This document shows, one piece after another, positions 28,902 to 38,326 of a stretch of 64,000 bases of DNA. How positions within the stretch are numbered: the stretch's first letter is position 1; each line of letters opens with the position of its first letter. The DNA is from an uncultured cyanobacterium (GTDB taxonomy: Bacteria > Cyanobacteriota > Cyanobacteriia > PCC-9006 > JAAUQQ01): positions 2,784,001 to 2,848,000 of the forward strand of contig OY970368.1 of assembly GCA_963718615.1 (NCBI GenBank), in the 5' to 3' direction. The notes under the pieces are model-generated. The model did not search any database, was not told the DNA's origin, and saw nothing but the letters and a program-made list of their open reading frames with translations. A program made the translations under genes and the position numbers.

Positions 28902-30138
28902 ATCCAGCCCCTTCTACTGAATCCTGGGGGGCACCAGTAAAGCTGTTGGTTTCGGAGTCAGGGGGATAAACCCATTCGTAAGGCGGATGGATTAAACCCT
29001 GCACCACCGCTGTTCGTTTGACTGTGAGTTTATGGATCCGGTCTTTATACTCCAGGAGTTCAGTCCAGCCCTTGGACTGGACCCCGGCATGGACGTAATA
29101 TTGGCCGCCGTTGAGGTCGAGTCGCTCAATTTTGAGTTTAACGGTGCCACAACCGCGAACTTCACCCGTGGGAAATCCGGCATTTTTGGTGTTGGCCTCA
29201 AAGCAAACGGCCCCTTCCTCGTGGGTAATCCGAAAGGTAAAGATCGGTTCGCTGAGGATTTCAGTCGCTTCGTAGTCGATTTCCACATGGAGCGGTTCGC
29301 CACACTGGAGCGTCGTCCCAGGGATGAGGCGCACCTGGGTAATGCGAATGGCTGCACCTAATTGGGGCTCCCGTTGGGAGGGCAGGCGAGGTTTTTGATC
29401 CGGGTGCATTTGGGCCTCGTATTCCCGAATCACCGTTTTGGGGTCGCTAAAGGCGGCGATTTGGCCCCGCTTGAGTAGGAGGGCGCGATCGCACACCTCC
29501 AAGATCTGTTTCGGGCTTTGGGAAATCAAAATAATCGCACAGCCCTGATTGCGCAGCAGCTTGACGCGGTCCAGACATTTTTTCTGGAATCCAATATCGC
29601 CGACGGAGAGATGTTCATCCACCAACAGCACATCGGGCTGGGTGTGAATGGCAATAGCAAAGGCTAACCGCATGCGCATGCCGGTGCTGTAGGTGCGAAT
29701 GGGATTGTCAATAAAGGCTTCGAGCTCGGCAAACTCGACAATTTGCGACAGCTTGTCCTGGGCTTCCTGCCGGGTTAAGCCGGAGATTAAGGCCGTCACG
29801 ATCAGATTTTCTCGACCCGTGAGGTCTTCGTGGAAACCGGCTCCCAGATCGAGCAACGCCCCAATTTGGCCCTGCACCCGAATTTGGCCCTCGTCGGCGC
29901 GTCCAATACCGCCAATGAGCTGAAGCAGCGTCGATTTACCCGCGCCATTTTGACCCAAAATTCCGAGGATTTGGCCCCGCTCTACCGAAAAGCTGACATG
30001 GCGCAAGGCCCAAAAATGCTCCACCGCCCGCAAATTTTTGAGCCCAGACAGGGCTGCTTGCATGATCGTGCGGGGGCGATCGCTATGGTAGGCACTGTAG
30101 CGCTTCCCCAGGTCCTCAACGACAACCGCATCTCCCAT
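28879..30138 (-). CDS. wzt: Second polysaccharide ABC exporter ATPase with Wzt_C domain
   Basis: GQNGAGKST, YSTGMRMRLAF and DEHLSVGD motifs. Confidence 0.9.
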   Translation of the reverse strand: MGDAVVVEDLGKRYSAYHSDRPRTIMQAALSGLKNLRAVEHFWALRHVSFSVERGQILGILGQNGAGKSTLLQLIGGIGRADEGQIRVQGQIGALLDLGAGFHEDLTGRENLIVTALISGLTRQEAQDKLSQIVEFAELEAFIDNPIRTYSTGMRMRLAFAIAIHTQPDVLLVDEHLSVGDIGFQKKCLDRVKLLRNQGCAIILISQSPKQILEVCDRALLLKRGQIAAFSDPKTVIREYEAQMHPDQKPRLPSQREPQLGAAIRITQVRLIPGTTLQCGEPLHVEIDYEATEILSEPIFTFRITHEEGAVCFEANTKNAGFPTGEVRGCGTVKLKIERLDLNGGQYYVHAGVQSKGWTELLEYKDRIHKLTVKRTAVVQGLIHPPYEWVYPPDSETNSFTGAPQDSVEGAGFRESEPA

Positions 30139-30951
30139 TTAAAGCTCCTCCACAAAACGTTCGCTCTGGCGCTGAAAAATCCAGTGGCCCAGGGGTAAGA
30201 GCAGGGCGATCGCCACCGCAATTGGTAAAAGGCTCCCCCAGTTAGGGGCCTGTCCCTTGAGTAAAATGTCTCGGTAGGCGGCGATTAAATGAACCATGGG
30301 ATTGAGATAAAAAATCTGCTGATAGCCAGCCGGAATCGTACCCACTTCATAAAAAACCCCCGATAGATAAAACAGCATCTGGAGCAACACCCCCAGGGTA
30401 TGCTGCGTATCTCGAAAGGTGACATTAATTGCGGCTAAGCCGTAGGCCAGACCCACCGTGAGAGCAAACTGAATCGTCATCAGGACTGGCAGGAGCAGGA
30501 GCAACGGTCCATGGAGCGTTACGCCGTCGATCCACAAAAATAAAATCAAAATTGGCAAGGACAGCAACAGGTGAATCAATCCCGTGGTCACGGTGACAAT
30601 GGGTAAAATCGCCACGGGAAACCCCGGCTGTCGAATCAGGGCTCGGTTGTAGACGATCGCCCCGGTGGCCTGGGTCAGCGCCGTCTGAAACCAGGTCCAA
30701 ACCAGCAGTCCGCTAAAAATAAATGACGAATAATGCTCCAAATTGGTCTGGAGCACCAGGCTAAAGACAAAGGCAAACACCGCCAGTTGCATCAGGGGAT
30801 TGAGCAGCATCCAGGCAATGCCTAGAAACGAGCGGTTGTAGAGCAATTTGATTTCTCGATCCACGAGTCCCAAGAGCAGATCAAGACGCTGGCGACTGCG
30901 TCGGCTGAGGGACAAACCGGTAGGGGGTTTGCGAATGGCTCTGAAATTCAT
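30139..30951 (-). CDS. wzm: Second polysaccharide ABC exporter permease
   Basis: REIKLLY..S.LG..W.LLNP, FRD and NPM motifs; adjacent to wzt. Confidence 0.9.
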   Translation of the reverse strand: MNFRAIRKPPTGLSLSRRSRQRLDLLLGLVDREIKLLYNRSFLGIAWMLLNPLMQLAVFAFVFSLVLQTNLEHYSSFIFSGLLVWTWFQTALTQATGAIVYNRALIRQPGFPVAILPIVTVTTGLIHLLLSLPILILFLWIDGVTLHGPLLLLLPVLMTIQFALTVGLAYGLAAINVTFRDTQHTLGVLLQMLFYLSGVFYEVGTIPAGYQQIFYLNPMVHLIAAYRDILLKGQAPNWGSLLPIAVAIALLLPLGHWIFQRQSERFVEEL

Positions 30952-31009
30952 GGCAATCTAATCAGCCCCATACTGGGTAGCCTATCCTCAGGATGCCCGA
31001 TGGAGACCG

Positions 31010-33637
31010 TTAATGGGTCACGAGGGAGGGCGAAGGGGATGAATCTTCGGTGGGAGCGGGGGCGATCGCCTCTCGTTCGGCCACAGGAATATAGGGGGCG
31101 CTGCGGCCCTGGCGTTGAACCGCTTGGTGCGATCGCCAGTAACCCCAAAATCCGCCGAGATATCCCGAGACTTCCGCGAGTAAAAAGGACCAGGGCACTG
31201 CATGTCGATGTTTGAGCCGGTCGATCCAGCGTTGTTTGAAATATTGGGGTAGGGATTGGAGGAGTTGGGTGCGGCCTCGGCGATCGCCATCCACGAGCCA
31301 GAGCATCAGATGGTAGGCGGTGCCGCCCATCATTTGACGATAAATCTGGTAGCGCAGTTCGGGGATCGTGCGGCGGTGGCGATGCCAGACAAAGGCGGAG
31401 GGTTGATAGACCAGGCGGTAACCGGCTTTGAGGATTTTGTAGATGAGATAATTTTCTTCACCGCCGCCCACCGGAGTTCCCGGCCCCAAAATCTCGGGCA
31501 TCAGGCCAATGTCAGGATGGCTAAAGACCGTGGCGCGGAAAGCCGAATTCGCCGAAACGCCCAAATCCCAAACCGGCGGCGAGTAGCTGTAGGAACTCAG
31601 CCAAGCGCCATCGGCTTCAAAGGGCTCAAAGCCTTCGCTCAGCCCACCATAGAGATCTTCGTAGAGCCGTTGGGCCTCGGTTTCCAGGGTTTTGGGCAGC
31701 ACATTCCCCGTGACTACCATGACCTCCGGTCGAGCCATGGGGGCAATCAGTTTTTCCAGCCAGTCTGCGGGGACGGTGACATCGTCATCAATGGTGACAA
31801 TAATTTCTCCGGTACTGGCACAACAGGCCGTATTCCGACCGTAGGAACCGCCCACCCGAGGCTCCGAGACCAACCGCACACCCGAAAATTCAGCCACTAC
31901 GGGCGGGGTCAGCCCCGAAGCGGGCCGGTTGTCCGCCACGATGATTTCCAGAGGGCGTTGGGTTTGCTGAGCCAGCAAATGGGTAAGGCAATGGCGCAGA
32001 TCCGCTGGGCGATCGCAAGTGGTAATCACAATCGACACCTTGACCGTTTCCGGTAATACTGGGGCGATCGCAACGTCCGCAATGGCAGCAACGGCCTCAG
32101 GCTCGGGCTCGGGCGGCAGTAACTGCTCATCCAACTCGGTGGCGATCGCCTCCCAGCGGTGCTGAGCGGTATAGGGGGGTGTCAGCAATCGCTGGCCCAA
32201 TTGCTCGAAGAGCGCCCGACGTAGCTGATCAACACTGACCGTGCCTCGGCAGTTTTCCAACTCCAGACTGTCGAGCAATTGACCGTGATGACTGATGAAC
32301 AAACGAAGGCGATCGTCGCTATCTAAATCGGTCAGGGGGGTTAGCGGTTGGGCCAGATCTAAATGGCGAACCCCTACGCGAATTGAGGGGGGGAGATCTG
32401 TGGCTAAACCCTTGGACGGATCGGGAGTGGCGGCGGTAGGGCCTTGAGTCCAGCCAGCTCGTAATCCTTGAATCCATCCGGCAATCTCCGTCCCGTGGAG
32501 GCGGCGACCTTCCCCCTGGTTGGAGAGCCAAGACCGAATCGCCCAGTAGAATCCTCCCAATCCTTCCCGCAGAAAGGCTTTGCCGTAGGCGCGAGGCAAC
32601 TGGGCGCTGCCGGTGCGCCAACCCCAGAGGTAATACTGGGCGAGGGCCGCCATTTGCTGTCGGAGTTGCGATCGCAAACTCTCCTCATCCTGAGCAGCCC
32701 AGGACTGCAAAATCAACCGAGGCTCGGCCAAGATCGTGTAATCGGCTTGGAGTAATTCAAAACAGAGGGCTGCGATCGCCCCTGCCTCAGACCCCAATTC
32801 GGGCCGCAGCCTGAGCGTTCCCAAGGCCGACCGACGCACCACAAAACAGTCGGGATTGAGCCAAGTTTTGAGCTGTACCTGCTGCCAAAGCCGCTCGGGC
32901 TGTTGACTGCGCCGCTGCCAGCGCCGCTCTAGATTTTGGGGCAGGAGGCCATGGCGTTCTTGCCGAAGCAGCGCCTCGGTGGCTTGCTCAGCGGGGATCA
33001 CCAGACCCGTCATGGCGGCCAGCTCAGGGGTTGTCCGAAAGCCTTGGGCGATCGCCTGGAGTCCCTGAAGATCAAGTCGAAGATGGGGCTGGAGAAACAC
33101 CAGCAGATCACTTTGACTTTGGGCGATCGCCTGGTTGTAAAGACTCATGCCATCAGCCGCCCCCGCCTCCGCCGCCAGACAGAACCAGTCTAAAGCGGGA
33201 TACTGTTGCTGCAATGCGACCAAGTGGGCCGCGCAGGATTCCACCTCAGCGGGGGATGCGGAGAGATTGGAGAGATTACAAAGGGCTACCGTGATCGGGG
33301 GCAACGTCTCACCGGCGGGTAAATCCTGAGGGGTGAGCAAGGCGGTGATGGGCAAACGCCCCTGGGCGATCGCCTCCCAAGGACTACCAGGAGCCGTTCC
33401 CGCCGTTAGTAAGGGTTCCAGTAGCTCAGCGACGATTGCGGAACGGAACTGGGCCAAAATCGCAGTGGCGATCGCCCGAGCCCGACAGACCCCTCCCTCA
33501 ATCGCCACCTCAACCCACCCTAAGGGTTGCCCCTGAACCCGCACCAGCCCCCGCAGCGCATCAAAGTCCTCTAGACCGCTCAGGTCCTGGAGCGGCTGAC
33601 TGATGTCAATTTGAATAACTTTTCTCAATCGGCTCAT
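31010..33637 (-). CDS. Tandem-domain GT2 glycosyltransferase
   Basis: C-terminal GT-A domain (ITTCDR, ADN, GRN, TIDDDV, GGEE) and a degenerate N-terminal copy. The ATG at 33637 gives an ATGA overlap with the upstream gene. Confidence 0.88.
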   Translation of the reverse strand: MSRLRKVIQIDISQPLQDLSGLEDFDALRGLVRVQGQPLGWVEVAIEGGVCRARAIATAILAQFRSAIVAELLEPLLTAGTAPGSPWEAIAQGRLPITALLTPQDLPAGETLPPITVALCNLSNLSASPAEVESCAAHLVALQQQYPALDWFCLAAEAGAADGMSLYNQAIAQSQSDLLVFLQPHLRLDLQGLQAIAQGFRTTPELAAMTGLVIPAEQATEALLRQERHGLLPQNLERRWQRRSQQPERLWQQVQLKTWLNPDCFVVRRSALGTLRLRPELGSEAGAIAALCFELLQADYTILAEPRLILQSWAAQDEESLRSQLRQQMAALAQYYLWGWRTGSAQLPRAYGKAFLREGLGGFYWAIRSWLSNQGEGRRLHGTEIAGWIQGLRAGWTQGPTAATPDPSKGLATDLPPSIRVGVRHLDLAQPLTPLTDLDSDDRLRLFISHHGQLLDSLELENCRGTVSVDQLRRALFEQLGQRLLTPPYTAQHRWEAIATELDEQLLPPEPEPEAVAAIADVAIAPVLPETVKVSIVITTCDRPADLRHCLTHLLAQQTQRPLEIIVADNRPASGLTPPVVAEFSGVRLVSEPRVGGSYGRNTACCASTGEIIVTIDDDVTVPADWLEKLIAPMARPEVMVVTGNVLPKTLETEAQRLYEDLYGGLSEGFEPFEADGAWLSSYSYSPPVWDLGVSANSAFRATVFSHPDIGLMPEILGPGTPVGGGEENYLIYKILKAGYRLVYQPSAFVWHRHRRTIPELRYQIYRQMMGGTAYHLMLWLVDGDRRGRTQLLQSLPQYFKQRWIDRLKHRHAVPWSFLLAEVSGYLGGFWGYWRSHQAVQRQGRSAPYIPVAEREAIAPAPTEDSSPSPSLVTH

Positions 33638-34791
33638 GATGTAACGGGAGGTGCAAGGGTTTCCGAAGTTTCCAAAGCGTTGCAAGACAACGAGGGGGCA
33701 TTCTCTCGCAGGTCCAATCGCTCATGGACAGGGATGTAGGGAGCACTGCGACCGAGCCGATGGACCCGTCGATGGGACTGCCATAGGCTCCAGGGACCCA
33801 CAATAAAACCCCAGCATTCTCGCCAGGCGAGGGACCAGGGGTAATCCATTAAGCCTAAACCCGAGAGGACGAGACGACGCAAATAGTAATGGGGTAAGCC
33901 CCGTAACAGGGCAGCCAATGCCCGACGATCGCCATCGACCAGCAGCGTCATCAAATGGTAGGCGATCGCACTTTTACTGTAGTTAAAAATCTGCCGGTGT
34001 AAAGCGGCCTGACTCTGCCGGTGTCGGTGCCAGGCGAAGGCGCGCGGATGGTAAACCAGAGTATACCCTGCGGCTACGGCTCGATAGAAAAGGTAGGGGT
34101 CCTCACCGGCACCAACGGGCGTTCCTGGCCCCAGGGTCTCTTCCAGCAAACCCACCTGAGGGTCGGCAAAGATCTCTGCCCGAAACGCCGCGCTGGCCGT
34201 GACCCCAAAATCCCAACCGGTGACGGCATTGCTGGACGCCCTAAACCAAGCTTGATCAATCTCAAAGGCGTCAGTCCCCATGCTGAGGCTACAGTGTCGC
34301 TCAAACAATCGTTCTGACTCCATTTCTAACTGAAGCGGCAGAAGGTTGCTGGTAACAATTCCCACCTCTGGTCGAGCGAAGGGTTCCAGTAAATGGTCGA
34401 GCCAGGTCGGGGGGACAATAACATCGTCATCGACGGTGGCGATCAACGCGCCGCGACTGGCCACAATCCCAGCATTGCGAGCATAGGCGGCACCTGCACG
34501 GGGTTCTTCGACGCGAACCAATCGGGGAGGAGCTGGGGCTAATTCTGGGGCTAATTCCACAGCCATTTCCCTAGCCATTTCGTTGACAATAACCGCCGTT
34601 AAACCTGATTCGGGATGGTTGTCCACAACCACAATTTCAAAGACATACTTAGTTTTTTGCTGTATTAAATAATTTAAGCAATTGCGTAGATCTTCGGGGC
34701 GATCGTAGGTGGCGATTACCACTGAAACATCGGGAAGCGGTGAGATGGGCTTTCCGTGGCTAGTTTGGGTTAACGGAGTGGGCTGGGACAA
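33634..34791 (-). CDS. GT2 glycosyltransferase
   Basis: ATYDR, VVDN, YARNAG, TVDDDV and GAGED motifs; paralogous to the C-terminal domain of the downstream gene. Confidence 0.9.
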   Translation of the reverse strand: MSQPTPLTQTSHGKPISPLPDVSVVIATYDRPEDLRNCLNYLIQQKTKYVFEIVVVDNHPESGLTAVIVNEMAREMAVELAPELAPAPPRLVRVEEPRAGAAYARNAGIVASRGALIATVDDDVIVPPTWLDHLLEPFARPEVGIVTSNLLPLQLEMESERLFERHCSLSMGTDAFEIDQAWFRASSNAVTGWDFGVTASAAFRAEIFADPQVGLLEETLGPGTPVGAGEDPYLFYRAVAAGYTLVYHPRAFAWHRHRQSQAALHRQIFNYSKSAIAYHLMTLLVDGDRRALAALLRGLPHYYLRRLVLSGLGLMDYPWSLAWRECWGFIVGPWSLWQSHRRVHRLGRSAPYIPVHERLDLRENAPSLSCNALETSETLAPPVTS

Positions 34792-35401
34792 GGGATTCAG
34801 CGTACTACCAGAGACAACACCATTGAGGTTTTATGAGATTCTATGAGATTTTAAGCGACTCAAAATCCCTGAGGTTTCTTCTGGGGCAACTCAAAAGCCC
34901 GAAGAAACTGCTTCAACCCTATTGTGGGCCCAGGCGATCGCAATCCGTAGAGTTATGGAAAAACAAGACCTTCAAGCCGTCGCCTTAGGTTGTCTGAACT
35001 TGAATCATAAATTTGATCATAAATTTTTTAGAAAAATGATTCACCGGAGGTTCCACCCAAACTTTACAAAAAGGAGCTTCAACTGAAAATTCATGGTGAA
35101 GATATCCCCGAAAAAGAGCCATTGGGAGTTTATCTCGGCTTCATCTTGCCTTGAAGACTAGATGAGTTATCAATAATTCCCACAGGGTAGGAGCTACGGT
35201 AGTAGCACGTACGTCTTTTCCGACACCGTAGCTCCCCTGGCCCTGGCGATACGCTATAGATATGCTGAAGATAGGCCGAACGTTTTGCCTCCATTGTCGT
35301 CTTGAGAGGTGTCGTCTTGAGATGTTCTGTCCTTGGGCCAGCCCCCGGTAATCCCTTCTCTCTCGCGGGATTCATTTTCTTCGAATTTTGATTCAAGCAT
35401 T

Positions 35402-36490
35402 ATGTCCTCAGCTGTCTCACGGTCATTGCGTTTTCAGCCCGCTCTCGGCGATCGCCCTTCCATCTCGGTGATTGTGCCGGTTCATAATGGTGGCGAAAGT
35501 TTTCGCCGCTGTTTGAGCAGTCTGCTTGGGAGTGAGCAGCGGCCCGACGAAATTATTGTGGTGGCGGATGGGGAGAGCGATGGTGCTTGGCGCTTGGCTG
35601 AGCAGTGGGGATTAACGGTGATTCGCGTGGCCGAAGCAGAAGGACCAGCGGCGGCGCGCAATCGGGGGGCGGCGATCGCCCAGGGAGACATCCTCTTCTT
35701 TGTAGATGCGGATGTCACGATTCAGCCGGATACCATCGGACAGGTCATGACCCGGTTTGAACAGGATCCCTCGATCGATGCGCTGATTGGCTCCTATGAT
35801 GACATGCCCGGCGCACGCAATTTTCTGTCGCAATACCGGAACCTGCTCCACCATTACACCCATCAAGTTTCCTCGCCCGAAGCGTCGACCTTCTGGGGAG
35901 CCTGTGGCGCGATCCGCCGATCGGTGTTTTGGGCCGTGAATGGCTTTGACGAACGCTATCGGTTGCCCTGTGTCGAGGACATTGAGCTGGGGTATCGCCT
36001 CAAGCAGGCCGGGTATCGCATCCGACTGTATAAAGATATTCAGGTCAAACATCTCAAGCGTTGGCAGCCCCTGTCGATGATTCGTACAGACTTCTTTTGT
36101 CGGGCGCTGCCTTGGACCGAGCTGCTCCTGCGCGATCGCCAGCCGATGAATGATCTCAATCTTCAAACCGCCAATCGTCTTAGCGTGGTCTGTGCCTTCT
36201 TGTCCTTGACCTCGGTCCCCTTGGCCTGGGTGCAGCCTTGGAGTTTAGCCTTAGCGCTCTTGGCCTTGCTGGGATTGTGGGGACTGAATGGTGGACTCTA
36301 TCAATTTTTCTATCGCAAGCGCGGCGTTTGGTTTACGGGACAGGCAATGGTTTGGCATTGGCTCTTTTATCTCTACAGCGGAGCCGCTTTTGCCTTAGGA
36401 CTCGTCCGCCACACGATGGGTCAACAGACGGCTGCATCATCGCGCCCTGCCCAGAAACCCGTGACTCGTCCCTTGGTTTCCCTGAGATAA
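35402..36490 (+). CDS. GT2 glycosyltransferase with C-terminal TM helices
   Basis: VPVHN, ADG, ARNRG, FVDAD, GFDE and EDIELG motifs; the ATG at 35402 is preferred. Confidence 0.9.
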   Translation: MSSAVSRSLRFQPALGDRPSISVIVPVHNGGESFRRCLSSLLGSEQRPDEIIVVADGESDGAWRLAEQWGLTVIRVAEAEGPAAARNRGAAIAQGDILFFVDADVTIQPDTIGQVMTRFEQDPSIDALIGSYDDMPGARNFLSQYRNLLHHYTHQVSSPEASTFWGACGAIRRSVFWAVNGFDERYRLPCVEDIELGYRLKQAGYRIRLYKDIQVKHLKRWQPLSMIRTDFFCRALPWTELLLRDRQPMNDLNLQTANRLSVVCAFLSLTSVPLAWVQPWSLALALLALLGLWGLNGGLYQFFYRKRGVWFTGQAMVWHWLFYLYSGAAFALGLVRHTMGQQTAASSRPAQKPVTRPLVSLR

Positions 36491-36531
36491 GGCCAGCCTT
36501 TAGGATATCTAGGTAATCAAAAGGACTAGGT

Positions 36532-38277
36532 ATGCTGTTTTTTCTGGTCGTTTGGACGGTTTTAACGGCAGTTTGTACGGTGGTCGGCGTTGGCGTGCTC
36601 TCGCGCTTGGAGCTGCGGACGGTCAGCCGTTGGGGCGATCGCTGGATTCTTTCCCTCTGGCTAGGGCTTTTAACCCTAGCCCTGGCTCTGCTCCTGACTT
36701 CCTTTGGGCTCCCGCTTTCGCCCTGGGTTGGCTTACTGGTTGCAGGTATTTTGGTCAATGCGTCCCTTCTCCCTCGGGGGAATTGGCAGCGGTTGCAGCA
36801 ATTGCAAAGTCGCTGCAATGCAGGTTGGATAGTTGCCCTCTGTTGTTTGATGCTGGTCGCGACGGTGCCCAGTACGCAACCGGTCCATTGGTATGACACA
36901 GGGCTCTATCATTTTGGAGCGATTCGCTGGTTAGCGGATTATGGCGCGGTGCCTGGACTGTCGTTGCTGCTGAGTCAGCTGGGCTTTTCGTCGTCGTGGT
37001 TTGCCTTGGCGGCTCCCTTTAATCCGGCTTGGCTCGATGCCCGAGGAGCCGTGGTTGTCAATGGCTTTGCCCTCTATTTGGGATTACTACATCTAACCCT
37101 GGCCGGTAATCGGGCCTTGCAGGGACGGGCTCAGCTCGCGGATGGGTTTGTTTTGACCTACGGAGCCCTAGCGGCTGGCGTGGTCATGGTATCGAGTTTT
37201 ATGCGGGAGGTGTTTGTTTCGGCTTCGCCCGATGTGCCAATTTTGATGTTGATCGGCCTCTGTGCTTGGGTTCTACTGTTGCAGCGGCAGGCTCTAGCCA
37301 AGCGGCAAGAGCAACAGTCTGGGGTACTGGGGTCCGGTCCTCGGGCCATCAATCTGCTGATGGCGGCAGGTGCTACGGGCATCAAGCTCACGGCCTTACC
37401 CCTGTTGCCCGTTGCTGTGCTGAGTTATGCCTGGGTCAACGGTCGCCTGCACCTCAGGCGCTTGGTTCTAGGATCCCTGGTGTTGCTTCTGGTCCTGAGT
37501 CCCGTGCTGCTCTATTCGGTCATGACATCCGGTTGTCCCCTGTATCCCGCTCAGGCGTTGTGTTTGGATACGCCCTGGGCGATTCAGCCGGAACAGGCGG
37601 CGTTAGAGCGATCGCGCGTCAGCAACTGGATTGCTTGGTTTGGTACACCCCCCGCAGGTGAAAATCCCTGGCTTTGGGGAGCCAAGCAGTGGTTGGGGGT
37701 GCCGACCAATCTCTTGATGGTGGGGATGGCGATCGCGACGCTAGTTGGCATTGGTATCCTGGCGCGGCGGGGATTCTTCAAACGCCTAGATGAACGGATT
37801 TGGCTCTTGCTGCTCGGCCTGATGGGGATGGCCTTTACCCTGACACAGATGCCCGTGGTTCGGCTTGGGCTCGGGTATTTTTTGGTGGTTCCGGCTTTTT
37901 TTGCGGCGCTAGCCCTGGAGAGTTCTAGAGCCCAGCAACTCAGCGCTGCCTTCGGGCGACGATTGCCCCAAGGACTCGTGCGATCGCGCCTCGTCTGGCT
38001 TCGCCTTGCCGCAGTGCTCCTGACCCTAGGGCTCGTCGGTTTTCTGCCCCTGCGCACGGGCCATGCTGTCCTCCCACCGCCCCTGCCCCAGGTCACCTTT
38101 GGCACGGGATTACTCAACAATATTGAATATCAATACCCGACGCAGGCTGAGGTTTGTTGGACGATTCCGTTGCCCTGTACCCATGAGGGCGTTGTCTTTG
38201 ATGGTCTGGAGGATGACTTGGTTTTGCTCGATCCGGCCCAAGGCATTGGTGGTGGATTTCGCCATCGCGATCGCTAG
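36532..38277 (+). CDS. Multipass membrane protein (LIC_10190-like; possible GT-C fold)
   Basis: More than 10 TM segments, YDTGLYH in an early loop, SPD, G(C)PLYP and R.G.GY motifs, and a C-terminal CW..PLPC. Confidence 0.7.
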   Translation: MLFFLVVWTVLTAVCTVVGVGVLSRLELRTVSRWGDRWILSLWLGLLTLALALLLTSFGLPLSPWVGLLVAGILVNASLLPRGNWQRLQQLQSRCNAGWIVALCCLMLVATVPSTQPVHWYDTGLYHFGAIRWLADYGAVPGLSLLLSQLGFSSSWFALAAPFNPAWLDARGAVVVNGFALYLGLLHLTLAGNRALQGRAQLADGFVLTYGALAAGVVMVSSFMREVFVSASPDVPILMLIGLCAWVLLLQRQALAKRQEQQSGVLGSGPRAINLLMAAGATGIKLTALPLLPVAVLSYAWVNGRLHLRRLVLGSLVLLLVLSPVLLYSVMTSGCPLYPAQALCLDTPWAIQPEQAALERSRVSNWIAWFGTPPAGENPWLWGAKQWLGVPTNLLMVGMAIATLVGIGILARRGFFKRLDERIWLLLLGLMGMAFTLTQMPVVRLGLGYFLVVPAFFAALALESSRAQQLSAAFGRRLPQGLVRSRLVWLRLAAVLLTLGLVGFLPLRTGHAVLPPPLPQVTFGTGLLNNIEYQYPTQAEVCWTIPLPCTHEGVVFDGLEDDLVLLDPAQGIGGGFRHRDR

Positions 38278-38326
38278 GGCTGGTCCAAATGACTGGTCCA
38301 AAGGCTGGTCAAGACCGCTGACCCCG

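Noticed and set aside
31256-32056. 266 aa plus-strand ORF (likewise 24524-25375, 58895-59701, 44254-44796 and many shorter ones)
   Set aside because: These are antisense shadows of well-supported genes in GC-rich DNA and carry no family motifs.
35199-35212. NtcA box GTA-N8-TAC
   Set aside because: Only the minimal 6-nt consensus, with no A/T-rich flanks, embedded in a hairpin. Not supportable as a feature on its own.
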